From the human T2T-CHM13v2.0 reference genome, Homo sapiens: a DNA stretch of 64,000 bases. The DNA is taken from NCBI RefSeq assembly GCF_009914755.1, contig NC_060933.1. The stretch is one strand, 5' to 3'. Positions 15,181-30,691 of the stretch are shown here, piece after piece (position 1 is the stretch's first letter; each line of letters begins with the position of its first letter). The position numbers were made by a program, and so were the translations under genes. Under the pieces are notes generated by a model, which saw nothing but the letters and a program-made list of their open reading frames with translations, did no database searches and was not told the DNA's origin.

Positions 15181-15757
15181 ATTTATTCTTTTAAATGAAA
15201 TTCAGTGTACTTTTTAATTGTAGCTTTATAATTCAGTCCTTATCTTCTCCCTGCCCCTCCCAAAAATATCGTTGAGACTTTTATTGTAATTATATTTCAA
15301 ACTATACATTTAAAAGGGGAGTATTAAAATCTATACAATACGGTCTTCTCATTTGAGAACAGGATGTGTCTCCTCATTTATGCAAATTTTAAGATTTCCC
15401 AAAGTTTTAGAAAGAATTTCATATAGGTCTTGCACATTTTTTGTTAAATTTATTTGAGGGAATTTAAAGTTTTAATTTATATTACAAATGAAAATATTTA
15501 TTTGGCATTATATTTGGTTTTTTAACTGGTAATATACATGCACAAAACTTGTACCAAAAAATTCTAAACATTACTAAACTGAATAAAATAAAACCCCCAT
15601 TCCCCAAGCCCATTTCCAATCAATAATTACTAATATATGTTTGATGTGGTTCCTCCAAATTTTCCCCCATGCACATATGTAGACATATGCTATGTTTTGT
15701 TTTACTAAATAATATCATATTATACATACATTTTTGTAACTCATCTATAAAGATATA

Positions 15758-16152
<395 letters not shown>

Positions 16153-16164
16153 AAATATTTTCGT

Positions 16165-16527
<363 letters not shown>

Positions 16528-16833
16528 TTAATTTATTGATGCATGATTAGATTGTTTCTAATGTTTTGATATTCTGAACAATGTTGCAATAAACATCTTG
16601 CCGCACTTTTCTGTTAGGAGAGAGTGTGGCACACACTACCGAAGTGCTCTAAAAAAGCTTTCCTTCTGTTTACACATGTCATCTCCCCAACACTATTGTT
16701 CTTATCCTATTTTATAGTTGAGAAACCAAAGGAACAGAGGTTAAGTACATGTACAATTTGCATTCCTACTCACAGTGAATGAGAGTGCCTGCTTCCCTAC
16801 ACCCTGCATAAAATGGAATGTTATTGCTTTTAA

Positions 16834-17211
<378 letters not shown>

Positions 17212-18077
17212 TCATTTTATGTTGATCAGTCACCTATATTTCTGCTTTGGCTTGTCAGTTCATTCATGTCATTTGCCCAGTTTTTTACTGAGGCGTTATC
17301 TCATTTGTAAGAGCTCTTTATGTGGTTAGACTATTAACCATTTGCTTATTATATGGGTTATAATTATTTTTCTAGTTTGTCATTTGCCTTCTAACTTTAT
17401 AGTATCTTTTATCATTTAGAAGTTAACTTTTTTTATAATCAAGTTTTTTTGGGGGGTTGAGAGCACCTATATTTTCTAAGGTCTTTCCTACCCCTAGATT
17501 ATGAGAAATATTCATCTAAATTTTATTCAGCTACTTTTATTCTTTTATTTTTTGCATTTACATTTTAAATTCATCTGCAATTAATTTAATGCCTGGTGTC
17601 AGATGGAACTCTTATTAATTTTTTCCCCCAAATGGTTTGACCAGTTTTTCCAACCCGATTTTTTTGAATTGTCTTTCCTTTCTTCACTTATCATAGACCA
17701 AATTTCCACATATGGATGGTTTGGTTTCTAAGCTCTCTCATCTCCCTCTTTGATCTGTCTATTCCTACATCAGGTTAGACTTAATGACTTTAGCTTCAGA
17801 ATATGGTTTAGTAGTAAACATCCCAAGGCCAACCCCTATTATTCTGCAAAATTTCCTTTGGAGTTATACACCCTAATTCTAGTCTGCTAGTGGCTTTACC
17901 CTTACCTTTGTCACAAACATATTTCAACATCAGGAATGACACCAGATCCATAGTAGCCTGTCCTCGTGGCCTCTAACCCATAATGATCATGTCGGCTGGA
18001 CCATACTTCTCTGCTTTCCTCCATACCTCCTAGGTATTGTTATAATTGTCTGGAATTTCGGTTTCCGGTTGTGACTA

Positions 18078-18365
18078 TTTTTTTTTTTTAAAGACAGAGT
18101 CTCGCTCTGTCGCCCAGGCTGGAGTGTAGTGGTGCAATCTCGGCTCCTGCAACCTCCATCTCCCAGGTTCAAGCGATTCTCCTACCTCAGCCTTCTGAGT
18201 AGTTGGGATTACAGGCGCCCGCCACCACGCCCAGCTAATTTTTGTATTTTTAGTAGAGACAGAGTTTCACCCTGTTGGTCAGGGTGGTCTCGAACTCCTG
18301 ACCTCGTGGTCTGCCTGCCTTGGCCTCCCAAAGTGCTGGGATTACAGGCGTGAGCCACCCTGGCC
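18078..18365 (-). mobile_element. Alu (S-type)
   Basis: Full antisense dimer with TSD ggttgtgactattt at 18067 and 18366. Confidence 0.96.
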
Positions 18366-20825
18366 GGTTGTGACTATTTTTAAACATTAGCACTATTCTG
18401 TTTTAAGAATTATTTACTTAAAATTGCACTTAACTTTCAGTTATCAGTAGTTAAGGCTCTAAATGTTTCCGTTTTCATGGCTTGCCTCTGTCTCTCACAT
18501 ACCACGTCATCTCATTCTTGACTTCTCGATTTTAATTCACTTTTGTCTGTAGAGCTTTCTTGAGTAATTTTTCCAGAAAGGGTCTGTGGGTGGTATCCTT
18601 TCTTATCCTTGTAAGCCTGAAAACATTTGCCCTCATGTTTGAGTCATAGTTTGCTTGAGTAGAAAATTCTAAGTGAATCGTCCTTCTCTCCCAGAAGCCT
18701 GAGAGCAGTGTTCTGTGGTTTCCCCAGTATTTAGTGTTTTAAGAGCAGTTTTTCCTTGATTCTCTAAAATTTATTTATGGAAACAACCAGGATTCCTCTT
18801 TCCAATCTTTGGAATTCAGAAATTTCCCCAGATGATTTCTAGTTGTTTGTTTTCTTTTGGTAATTTTTCCTGGTCCTAACTAGGTAAGTCCTTTCAGTCT
18901 GAAGACCCAAGTCTTCCTTTCGTTCAGGGAAATTTTCTATTAATTTAGGAATGGTTTCTATTCTGTGTGTTCAATCTCCTCTTTCTGGACTTCCTACTAC
19001 AAATAATAATAATAATAATAATGGTGCCTAACATTAAAGCGTGCTTTCTTTCTGTGATAATATATAATCTTCCCAGCACTATTGTTATTATCCTCATTTC
19101 ATAGATGAGAAAACAAAGGAAAAGAGAGATTGAGCAGATTATACAAGGTCGCATAATTAGGAGGTGCAGGCCAGGTTCTAATCCCAAGCACCTGGCTCCA
19201 GAGCCCGTGTCCTTAGCTGCTAAACTATACTCCCTGCCTGTCGGGTCCCAACCCCAGAGCCCACCCTGCCCTTCCCCCCAGCACTCTGTAGTGACAATGT
19301 TGAGTGTCGACAGGCAGGGACTCTGTAATCAGTGGGGGAAAGCTTGGGGATGCTAGGATGATGGATCTGAAACAGACTGGGCTACTGAGGCCAGAGAGGG
19401 GCAGGGATTGTCAGAGGTTCTCCAGTGAATTTAGAGTTGGGACTCTTCCCTCCCTCCTCTTCCCTTGGTCTCAGCCACCTGCTTCAGGCCTCCTCTTTGT
19501 CCCTGGGACTGCTGCATTGCTTCTTGTGGGTCTCCCTCTTCCTACTCCTGTCCATGTAGTCACCTCTGTCAACAGCAGCTGCGATGACTCTTCTTATAGA
19601 ACACACGCAGTCACCTTCACACTGCTGAGTGTTTGTTGAATGACTGTATGAGTGAGCAAAGAAGTTTACAGTGCCTAATGTGTGTCAAACACTGTGCTAA
19701 GTACTGTTGATGCAGTATGCATTAGTCAGCAATCTACCAATTGCAAGTGACAAATACCCAGCTTCCAGGAGTAAATGGAATTTACTGGGTTAGGGAGGGT
19801 AGCCTTCAGGCCTAGTTGGATTCAGAGCCTTGAGCAATGTCACTGAGAAGGCCTCAGCCTCTTCATTTCTTGGTTCTATTTACTTAGGTGTTGGCTCACT
19901 CCCTTAGTGGTAGCAGTGCTGCTGCCAGAAGGGCCAGGGTTATGGCCATGGCCTTGGAGTTGGACTCCCTCAATCATTTCATCAATAGTCCCTGGGCCTG
20001 ATCCTCATTGGCCCAAGTAGGATCACGTGCCCATTCCAGCCACTGAGGACAGTGGGATGGGTTAAACTAATGGACTGAGGCCTGGGCCATATGCCTCTCC
20101 CTGGAGTGGGAGATGGGTTGGTTCCTTGTGAATCACCTGGCTTGAGAATGAGAGAGGGAAGGCTAGTTCCTCAAGTGAATGGGGTCTGGTCAGGCAGATC
20201 TCAGATGTCGTCTACTTCTCGGCTCATCAACCAGCATGGTCCTCACCCCACAGAGCTGACAGTCTAATGTGGGGTCCAGTGTGGGGCAAGGACACCAATC
20301 ATGAACAGCATATGAAAAATCGATGACAGTTGTGCCAAAGGGCCTAATGAGAGCGCCTACTGGGAGGACCTGGGGAAAGTTTCTGAGGCAGGGGAGGCTT
20401 GGGATGTAAGGATTGTTCTAGGTGGGGACCCTAACGCAGGCCAGCATAGGTGGGAAGACGAGGAAGGGGAACAGAGCATGAGATGAGGCTGAGGTGTGTT
20501 CAGGATCAGACAGTGCTGGTCTTGAGAAGCTGTGGGAAGAAGTGTGACTTTATCCTGAGTGCAGGGGTTGATGGGTGTTGTAGAAAGCTGATGCTGGCCT
20601 CATAGAGAATGGTGAGGAGGAAGGCAAGTCGAGAGGCAGGGAGCAGTGTGGAGCTATTGGCCTCGGCCAGGGAGAGCCGATGGTTGCTTGGACTAGGGCT
20701 GAGGCACCAGGGATTGAGAGAGGTGAGAGATCCACAGGATGTATAGCAGGAGGGGTCTGCAAAATTCTGTGATTAATTGCACGGGGAGTGTTTGGGAGAA
20801 GAATGGTGCTCAAAAGTCTAGCTCA

Positions 20826-21221
<396 letters not shown>

Positions 21222-23633
21222 TCATGATAGGGTCCAAGTTAGTGAGTTCTCATGAAACAAAGCCATTTAAATCAGGGCTCCTTAAGCTACCTGTGGTGAG
21301 GGGCTTTGACATTTTGTAGCATCACACTGCATGTGATTTATTATGCAGGCTTGAGAACACCTGAGCTAGCCCATGCCCTATTCAGTGAGACCAGTCCACT
21401 CATCTCATGCTTAGAGGTGGCAATGTCAAGTTGAAGTTCTTTAAACACAATCAATCTTGCTACCTATCTCACTGCAGACTGGTAACAAGCAGCCTGTGAA
21501 CCCATATGATTTTGCAGACCACATTTTGAGTGGACTGATCTAGTTCAACCCCAGTGCATTTTAGAGACAGGGAAACTGAGGCTTGGAGGTGGTGGGGGGG
21601 ATTGGCCTTGCCCCAGGGTTCGCAGAAGGCAGCAGCAAAGTTAGCATTTCAGTCTTTCCCCCACTGACCCTTTGTTTTGATGGCTTGGGCTCAAGCCCAA
21701 CAGTCCAAACAGTGGGTGGACCCAGGGGAGTGTGTGGAGAACTGTTTCCAGCAACCAAGGTCACAGGCCTGGCCTCCCCGTAGCTGAGTCAGTGGCTCTG
21801 TGCTGAACACTTCCCAGGAACATGGGCTGACAGGACACAGCCTGGCCCTGGAGCTGGCACAAGCACAGTGGGTCGAGGATTGCTCCCAAAAGCCCGAAGT
21901 CTCCGGCCAGCATGTGGCTGGTTGGACCGGAGCCAGGAAGGGAGACAGTCATGGCTCCCAGCCATCCTGAGCTGCTACAGCTGCCCAAGGTCAGACTGAT
22001 ACTGCTGAGGTGACTGCAAGGCGTGCCCCAGGATGGAGGCAGAAGCCAGCCAGCAGCAGGCCTCTGGGCTAGCTCTGTAGGGGGACATTTGGTCTCCTGG
22101 CTTTTGCTGCGTGTGGGCTTCTCCTTGCTGGGTTGGGAGCCACCGTTTCCATTAGCAGGTTGGGAATCATCCATTGCGGTCTCAAGTTGCTGAGAAAGAG
22201 GCAGATAGCAAGGGGGAGACATTTGGGGAATAAGAGATTAAGGGCAGAATATACAGTTAAGAGCATGGGCCTGGGAGCCATGCTGCCTGCTGGGCTTCCG
22301 CCTTGTAACCTTTCTGTACCTCAGTTTCCTGATCTGTAAGCTGGGCATGATGAGAATAGCCTATTCATCAACAAATGGTAATGATTCTCAGCTATTAGTA
22401 CATGCCAGGCCCTCATCTGTTAGCCCCTCAACAGGTGTTATCACATTTAATTTTACCATTTACATTAACCTTCTCAAGGTGAATTCTGTCTTTTCACAGA
22501 TGATAGCAACAATGACATCATAGCAATAACAATGATGGCTCTTATTTATTGAGCACTTACTGTGTACCAGGCATTCCACATACACCACGTCGTCTAGTCC
22601 TCCTCAGGGTCCGTTGAGGCCCATTTTACAGATGAGGAAACTGAGACTCAGAGATAGTAAAGGGACTTGCCCAGGATAATTTACACTCAGATTTTTTAGA
22701 CTTCAAAGACTGTGCTCTCTCTAAATTCCACTGACTGAGCTGATTCCTTTAGTGAGAGGGCCTGAAGGGGCATGGGACTGTCCATGGGAGGGGAGGAGTA
22801 GGGCTGGGGCCACTGGACAACCACTTCCTGGTCTCATTTTAGAGATGGAGGACTGAGATCAGGAAGGGGAACGGGCTTACCCTGGGTTCTGCAGGCCACA
22901 AACCACAGCTCCCTGTGAACTTGAACCTGAGGATACCTGCTCTGTCTTACCCCACCCCACCATTTGTGTCAGGTGCCCCAGAACAAGGCCCGTGCCACCA
23001 GGAAGAGCAAGACCTACACCAAGCAAGCAATAGGAGAATGTGTCCCCTGCCCAGGTGCTAGGGTCCTAGAGGCCAAAACACAGCATGGCAGCCCCCGTTT
23101 GCAGCATCAGCGGCTTCATCTGCCATGACCCCCTCCAAGTTCCATCCCATGGGCGGGCTGCTCCGGCCAGCTCTGTATCCTTAGTTCCTAGTACCGGCTC
23201 CGGCACAGAGCAGGGATTCAGTGGTTATTGAAATAACTAATTAACATTTCTTGGCCGACTCTGCAGTGGGGAGGGCCTTTTTGCATAGAGTCTCTAGACT
23301 CCCAAACCAGGGCTGTGAGCCCCAGGAAGTAAAAGCTCAGAGCTTTCTAAGTGAGTTAGCAGATTCAAAGCTTGGACTGGGGTGGCCATATACAGACACT
23401 TCCATAGAGTTTCAAAGAGCAGCCTGGGGTGGTCACTTTCTTCTGCAGTGAGTTGGGACAGTGGCAGGGCTCTGCAGAAGTTGAAGCCGGTGTGTACCCA
23501 GCACAGTCTTGGGGTATCTGGGGATGATGAAAGCTAAGCAGCTTCTGGCAGGGGCAAGGGGCTAGTCTTACTCTGAAGTGCTCTGGAATTCCTGGGACCA
23601 CATCTTTCCCTGACTTCTCTCTCTCTCTTTCTC

Positions 23634-24302
<669 letters not shown>

Positions 24303-24799
24303 TGCTCGTGATGGGGTCTTGGGAGCATAAACCCATGAGGTGCATTGGTCTTCACGCAATGGAAGCAGTAAAGGAAGACAGCGGAAATCTCACTGTGGTG
24401 TGGGCTGTAGGGGAGCAGCCTGTCTCTGGCACCTGGCTGCATCCCAGGCTGTTGCTGCATCCCCCCTGGGGCCTGTCTAAAGACTTGGGCTCTGCTTGGG
24501 GGTACTGTATTCCAAAAATAGGAGGTGGGTCCCTGCTGAACCTCGCTGGTCCTAGCCCTGGGAGCTGCTGCCAACCTGTCTGAACAGTGTGGAGTTTGCC
24601 TGTGTGGTTGGGCTGTACAGTTCTCTGTGTAACTGATGGGCTCATCTGTTCCATGGGCTGCCCTGCGCCATGGTGCAGGACACAGTGGAAAGTGAAGTGG
24701 GCTTCATCTGTAGCCCTGAACTTACTAGAGTGTGACCTTAGTCTCTCTATGCCTCTGCTTACACATCCATAAAATGGGGATATTAGAAATCATATCTGA

Positions 24800-25129
<330 letters not shown>

Positions 25130-27479
25130 TCAATCAATCAGTCCATCAATCAGTAATCAGAAAGTGCTTAGAGCAGTGCTGTCATGTGTCAGATAAGTGT
25201 TTGTTATGTATGAAATATGTGGATCAGTGATTGGGGCCCAGTTCCTGAGTACCCGGGTGCTGACCCCTGGGCCTGTGGGCCACCTAGATCTTACCACTCT
25301 CTAGATCCCAGTTTCTCCTGTACTGAACAGCACCATCATTTATGTACCTCTGAGAAGCACTGGGATGTGGTGAACAGAGCACTGGACTGGGAGTTAGCAA
25401 TCCCAGCCCTGCCACTCAGTTGCTGTGTTTCCTTGGGAAAGTTACTTTCCCTCTCTGGGCCTCAGTTTCACTGACTGTAAATGGGAAACAACAGTGAAAG
25501 ATCTCCAAGGGCCCTCTGGCTTAGAAAGCCTGGCTGCCAGTGACTCCCCTATCCTGCCCTAGGCTATACACTGGGAGGCCCCCCAGCCCTGTTGATTTGT
25601 GTCTGGAGCTATGGGAGGCAGAGGGCAGTGGCTGCCCCAGGGCTCCTCCAGCCATGGGATGCTCTCCTATCCTGGCCTGGCAGGCTCTGGGCCTTGGGGC
25701 ACTGAGCTGCTCTACCCTTTCCTCACCATGCTATGGTCCAGAGCATTGATGAATGTATTCTGGACTCGTTCTGGACTCAGCACACTGGGTTGGCAGAGCT
25801 GCTTTGCCCATCACAGCATAGGGCGTAATTTTGGAGTCATTAGTCTCACTCCATGGCTAATGTCTGCCTCCCTCACTGGACTGTCAGCTTTGTGAATGCA
25901 GGGCCCTGCCTATTGGTTCTCTGCCAATCCCCAGGGCCTAACACAGAGCCTGGCACAGAGTCTATGCTCTGTAACTGTTTGTTGATTGAAAGAAGGTGAC
26001 AACTCAGCTGAAGCTCGAGGGCACCTCTGACGTGAAGGAATCCTATATTCAGGCTCCCCACCCTAAGAAATCTTATCCCACACACCAGAAATTCCATCCT
26101 AGAAACCAGCCAGCCTCATTGGTGATTGTTTAGCTCCATCAGAATTGGCCATCTCTTGAGACTCACCTCCTTAGCTTCCCAGGCCAAGGGTGAATCCTGC
26201 TTTTCAGGAGCCAGCAGGATGACAGCCTTCCAGTCTAGAAGGTTCCTAGGCCCTGCAAGGACTGCCTTGGTTCTGCCCCCAGGGACAAGATGAAACACTG
26301 GTTGGAGTTTGTAAGTGACCAACTCAGAGGAGGGCTATTCTGAGTCGACCCGATAAAGAATGTTTTCTTGTAGCAGTGTGCATGTATATGCTTGTGTATG
26401 TGAGAGAGTCAGGAATACAGAGTCAGAGATAGACAGGGGCAGGGATACAGGCAGAAACATCCCGAGACCCTGGGGGGTCTCTACCATAGGGAGAGAAAGA
26501 GACAGAGACACCGTGCTTCAGCCTAGGTGGCCAAGGTGGGTGGGGTGGGCATGGGAAAATAGAGGCTCCTTCTGTCCATTTTTTCTGTGCCATCATCCCA
26601 GGATGCCTGCTGCTCTGGTGGGAGCCAGCCACAAGTTGGGCATTCCCAACTTGGGCCTCAGGGACAGCCCAGGGTGCATTTGTCAACATCATGACAAACT
26701 GCAGCACCAGAGAACAGCTCTGTGCTGGCACAGCAGCATCTTGCAGTTGTCTGGCTGTATGGTGGTTAAGAGCGGGCATGGTGAGTAGGAGCAACTAGTT
26801 TTCAGTCCTGGCTATACAGACAACTGGCTATGTGACTGTGGGCAACTTCCTTTGCCATTCTGTACTTTGGACTCTTCATCTGTAACTGGGGTAATCATAG
26901 TCCTCCCCTCCTCACAAGCTGCTGGTGAGGATTCAGTGAATTAATGCAGGCAGAGCTCTGGGAACAGGGCCTGGCACGGAGTTCATGCTCAAGAAAGGGT
27001 AGCCAAGAGCCAGCTCAGAGAATCCTCTATTCATCCCACAGGTGGGCAGGTTAAGGTTAGCAGCCTCCTTTTACAGATGAAGAAACCGAGGCTCAGAGAG
27101 GGGAAGGAACTTGCTCAGTGACACCCAATTAACCAGTGCTGGAGCTGGAACTGGAGCTGGGGACCCTCTCCTCCCAGTCCAGGGCTTGTTCCACTGCCCC
27201 CGCAGTTCCTCCTTGGGGATGTCTCTGTCATTCAGGGCTGTAACTCTCATTATAGCCAATATTACTGTAACAGGATGTTACAGTCCAAACTGCCCTCCCA
27301 GCTGGCTGTCTCCGGGGGAGGAAGCCCCAGGTTCTCTTTCCACATAGGATTCTGCAGAGTTTAGCATTCAAAGATTCAGCTGTGTGCTGGGAAGGGACTG
27401 AAGCTGCCACCCCCCACCCTGGGGGCAGTCGCATTCTGGAAGTCAGCGTGTGCTGGCTGCAGGAGCCTGGGTTCAGTTG

Positions 27480-28400
27480 CAGCCTCCCACTGGGACAGGA
27501 ACAGCGTCGGGGTGGGGGTGTGACAGGGAAGCCTCGGTGCCTCGGTGATTGGCTTGGTCTTGCAGGGAGCGGCTGCCAGCAGGCCGGCTGGAGGCGGCTT
27601 TGCGCTGCCCCAGCCTGGGAGCCCTCAGGATGTGTGTGGGGTGGAGCCTGCTAGGGATCCCAGTGCCAGGGGGTGCCGTTGTGAGGGATGGACGCCTCTC
27701 CCCCGGAGCAGCACTTTGGGGCCAGCTTGGGCCCTGGGGATGAGCCACAGGGGACCCACAGCCTATGCGTGTGAGCATGTAACCCGGGAGCCAGCTGGGC
27801 CCCTCGCGGGGTGGGCAGAAGGACGGGCTGGCCCAGGACCCTCTTCTTTGAGACATCCCGGACTCCATCTCGGATGAAAGTGCTTTGAGAAACCACAGAG
27901 TTTTCTGTTTAATGGAAGAAAGAAATCCAGCCTCTCTCCAGAGTGGCGGTGGCCGGCTAGACAGGGTGTGTGTTTGGGAAAGGCGCTGGAGGAGGAGGAA
28001 GAGGAGGAGGACAAGTAGGAGGAGGAGGAAGAGGAGGAGGGACGGGTGATGCAAGGGTTTTGAAAGCGCTACCTAGATGTGGGAGGTGGAACCTGGTCAT
28101 TTGGTTCTGCTTTTCCTAGCAGGTATCGCTCCCCTGGGGAACTTGGGTAAGTCCATAAATAGCTCTGCTGACACAAAGGAGCTCTGTCTGGGGAAGGCAG
28201 CCGCTTGACACGGCCGCCAGGAGCTGCCACAGCCACGGCCGCCCGCCTGCGGGAGGAGCCGGGTGGAAACCTGGGCGGGCGAGCTGGCAGGAGCGGCAGC
28301 CAGGAGTCGCCTGGGTCCCTGCTGGAGTATGCTGGGTAGGTACCTTGGTGACAGGACTGTGTGTGTGGTGGGCGGGCATCCAAGCCACCCTGTGCCCCTG
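27480..28400 (+). promoter_or_regulatory. CpG-enriched probable internal promoter with candidate first-exon donors
   Basis: Highest non-coding CpG density in the window. GC boxes (GGGCGGG ~28273, ~28370), TATA-like CATAAATAG 28154, donors TGG|GTAAGT (28147) and TGG|GTAGGT (28336). Confidence 0.65.
27988..28040. repeat. Duplicated 23-nt GGA-rich unit
   Basis: ggaggaggaggaagaggaggagg at 27988-28010 and 28018-28040. Confidence 0.9.
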
Positions 28401-28477
28401 TTTCTATTGTTTCTTCCCCAGGGCAGCCATTGATAGGCATGTTGCAACCAAACCATTTGTGCTCTGTTCTGAGATAG

Positions 28478-28480
<3 letters not shown>

Positions 28481-28522
<42 letters not shown>

Positions 28523-28539
28523 TGTCTGTCTGTCTGTCT
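28481..28539. repeat. (TG)20 followed by (TCTG)4
   Basis: Direct reading. Confidence 0.97.
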
Positions 28540-30613
28540 CAGGGGCTGGGAGCCCTGCAAGTTTTGGGGGATGCTTCCTCTGTTGGCTGCTCCCCACTTC
28601 TAGGCTGGACAGCCAGCTTTTCTTTCTCAGAGAAACAAGAAATGTTTGGTGGCCAAAAAGTCGGGACACTGCATGGGAGGGGAGCGCTCAGCCAGCAGGG
28701 TTGGCTATTGTATCAGGGGTGCTGGCCGCACACCAGGCACCAGGGATGGAAGCTCGTGTCTAGTTTCACTGGCAGGGGAAGAGGTGGTCTCTGGAACTAG
28801 TCTCAGCGGGTTGCCTTTGGTCCCTGAGACGGCCTCTGCTGAAACGTCCACTGGAAGCACAAGCAAAGATGCTTTGCCTCTGACCTCCAACCCCATGGGA
28901 GAGGGCCTGCACCTGCTCCCTTGGCTCCAGCTGAGACCCATCAGGCAGGGGGTGGTGGTAGAGACAGGCTCACACCACAGAGCTGGCCACTGTGAGCAGA
29001 CAGAGGCTAATTCTTTTCCCAGCCTGGAGGGTCCACATCTCTATTCTTGTTCCCAGGTGTCCAGGAAGAACCCTTGAACCCTAGGACTCAGGGCAGGAGG
29101 ATAAATCTGGACCCAGAAAGGGGAGGAGCCTTGTCCAAGTTTGAGCAGCAGGTCTGTGGCTGAGCAGGGACCAGGATAGAGAACTTCTGCCTCCTAGAAC
29201 AGCAAGAACAGGACATGTGGGAAACCATTTCCCTGACCTGAACTAAGTATTATAATTCAGCTTCAAATCTGACCTTCCTGACCTGAGAGGCTTGGTACAC
29301 CAGGCCCCACAGCGATGCTTGAAAACTTTCCACATCCTGCTGCCCTCAGGCCTTCTGGCTGGGTGGCTATCTGGCGTCCTCTCCCAGTGCTAGAGTGGGT
29401 ACATCTCCTCAAGGGAAGGAGCCGCAGAGGCTGCCCTGCTGGTGCCTGTGGGATCCCAGCCAGGGCACTGCAGGCATAGTCAAAGTTTCCACCAAGGCCC
29501 CTTGAGTCCTCTGTGCCCAGCCAAGGGGCACCTCCCCTCTTCCCCAGCCCTAGCACATGGTGTGGCTTAGCCTAGGGCAGGCCCTTCAGGGAGCCGAGTT
29601 CCACAACAGGGCTCACTGCAAGCCCAGACTGGCTTCTGAGAAGCAGGCAGATTGTGAGGATGAGGCAGTTGAGGCAAGTGACCACTCCTCGTGAGAAGTC
29701 TCCAGGGCTTTGAGCCAGAAATTGTTGATGGGACTTCTGATTATAAGTATGTGGTATCAGTGAAATCATTGCACTTCCAGGCTTCCTTGCCTTTGCAAAT
29801 GCTGTTCCAGCTGCCTGGAAACCCCTCCCCTCCCCTCCCCTCCCCTCCCCCTCCATGTCTTATTTTATCCAAACTTCCACAACTAGAGCAAATACTCCAG
29901 CCAGAATGAGTCTGTCCATTGGTGGTGGCACCCATGGATATTGCTTTGTGTCCTATGTATGCAGAATCTGGGCCTTATTCATTCCTTAGTCGCAAGGACC
30001 TGGCCAGGGGCCTGGGGCATGGTTGGAGAGGGGCGTTGCATTGTCCTGGCTAGGGCAGGTTTTCTTTGAGGACAAACAGTGACATGCAAGTCAGCTGTGT
30101 CCGCCCATCTCCTAGCTCTGTGCCTGGCATAGAGGGCCTGTCGGGGAGCCCCTTTAGGAGAGGCCTAGGCTCTGAATGTCAAAGTTGCATCCATAGGGCC
30201 AAGGGATGGGGCTGGGTTTGATAGGAGGTGAGGCGGGGAGAATTTTGGCTTCATCCTGGCGGAGACCATAGGGAGAATCCACTCAGGGGTCATGCTGGGC
30301 TAGGTGGAATTCACAGCATAGCCTGGGCCATGGAGGGTGGAGGGGATAGCCCTGGCTTGTTGAAATGCAATGCTGAAGGACCTTTGCACAGACTACAGGG
30401 GATTGGAGCTCAGCTCCCTGGACCCTCTTGGGATGGTGCCAACCAGAGTAGGTCTGGGGTTATTGATCCTCAAGCCAGTGGTCTGTGTGGCTCCCTCAGA
30501 AGAGGCACAGCTGAAGAGAGAGTGCCTATCCCCAGCTGGGTCCCTGGGGGCCTTGAGAGCTGCTTCCCATTGGCCTCTTAAGGCCCTGGAGATGGCAGTC
30601 TCTTTGCCTTCTA

Positions 30614-30691
30614 TTAGGTTGGTGTAAAAGCAACTGCGGTTTTTGCCATTAAGAGTAATGTAAAACCGCAATTACTTTTGCACCAAACTAT
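30614..30691. mobile_element. MADE1 (Hsmar1/mariner MITE)
   Basis: ttaggttggtgtaaaagcaactgcggtttttgccatt...aaccgcaattacttttgcaccaaacta, flanked by TA. Confidence 0.93.

Noticed and set aside
27473-28800. Cluster of long ORFs on both strands (150-193 aa)
   Set aside because: Explained by high GC plus GGA and TG repeats lacking stops; low-complexity peptides with no domain.
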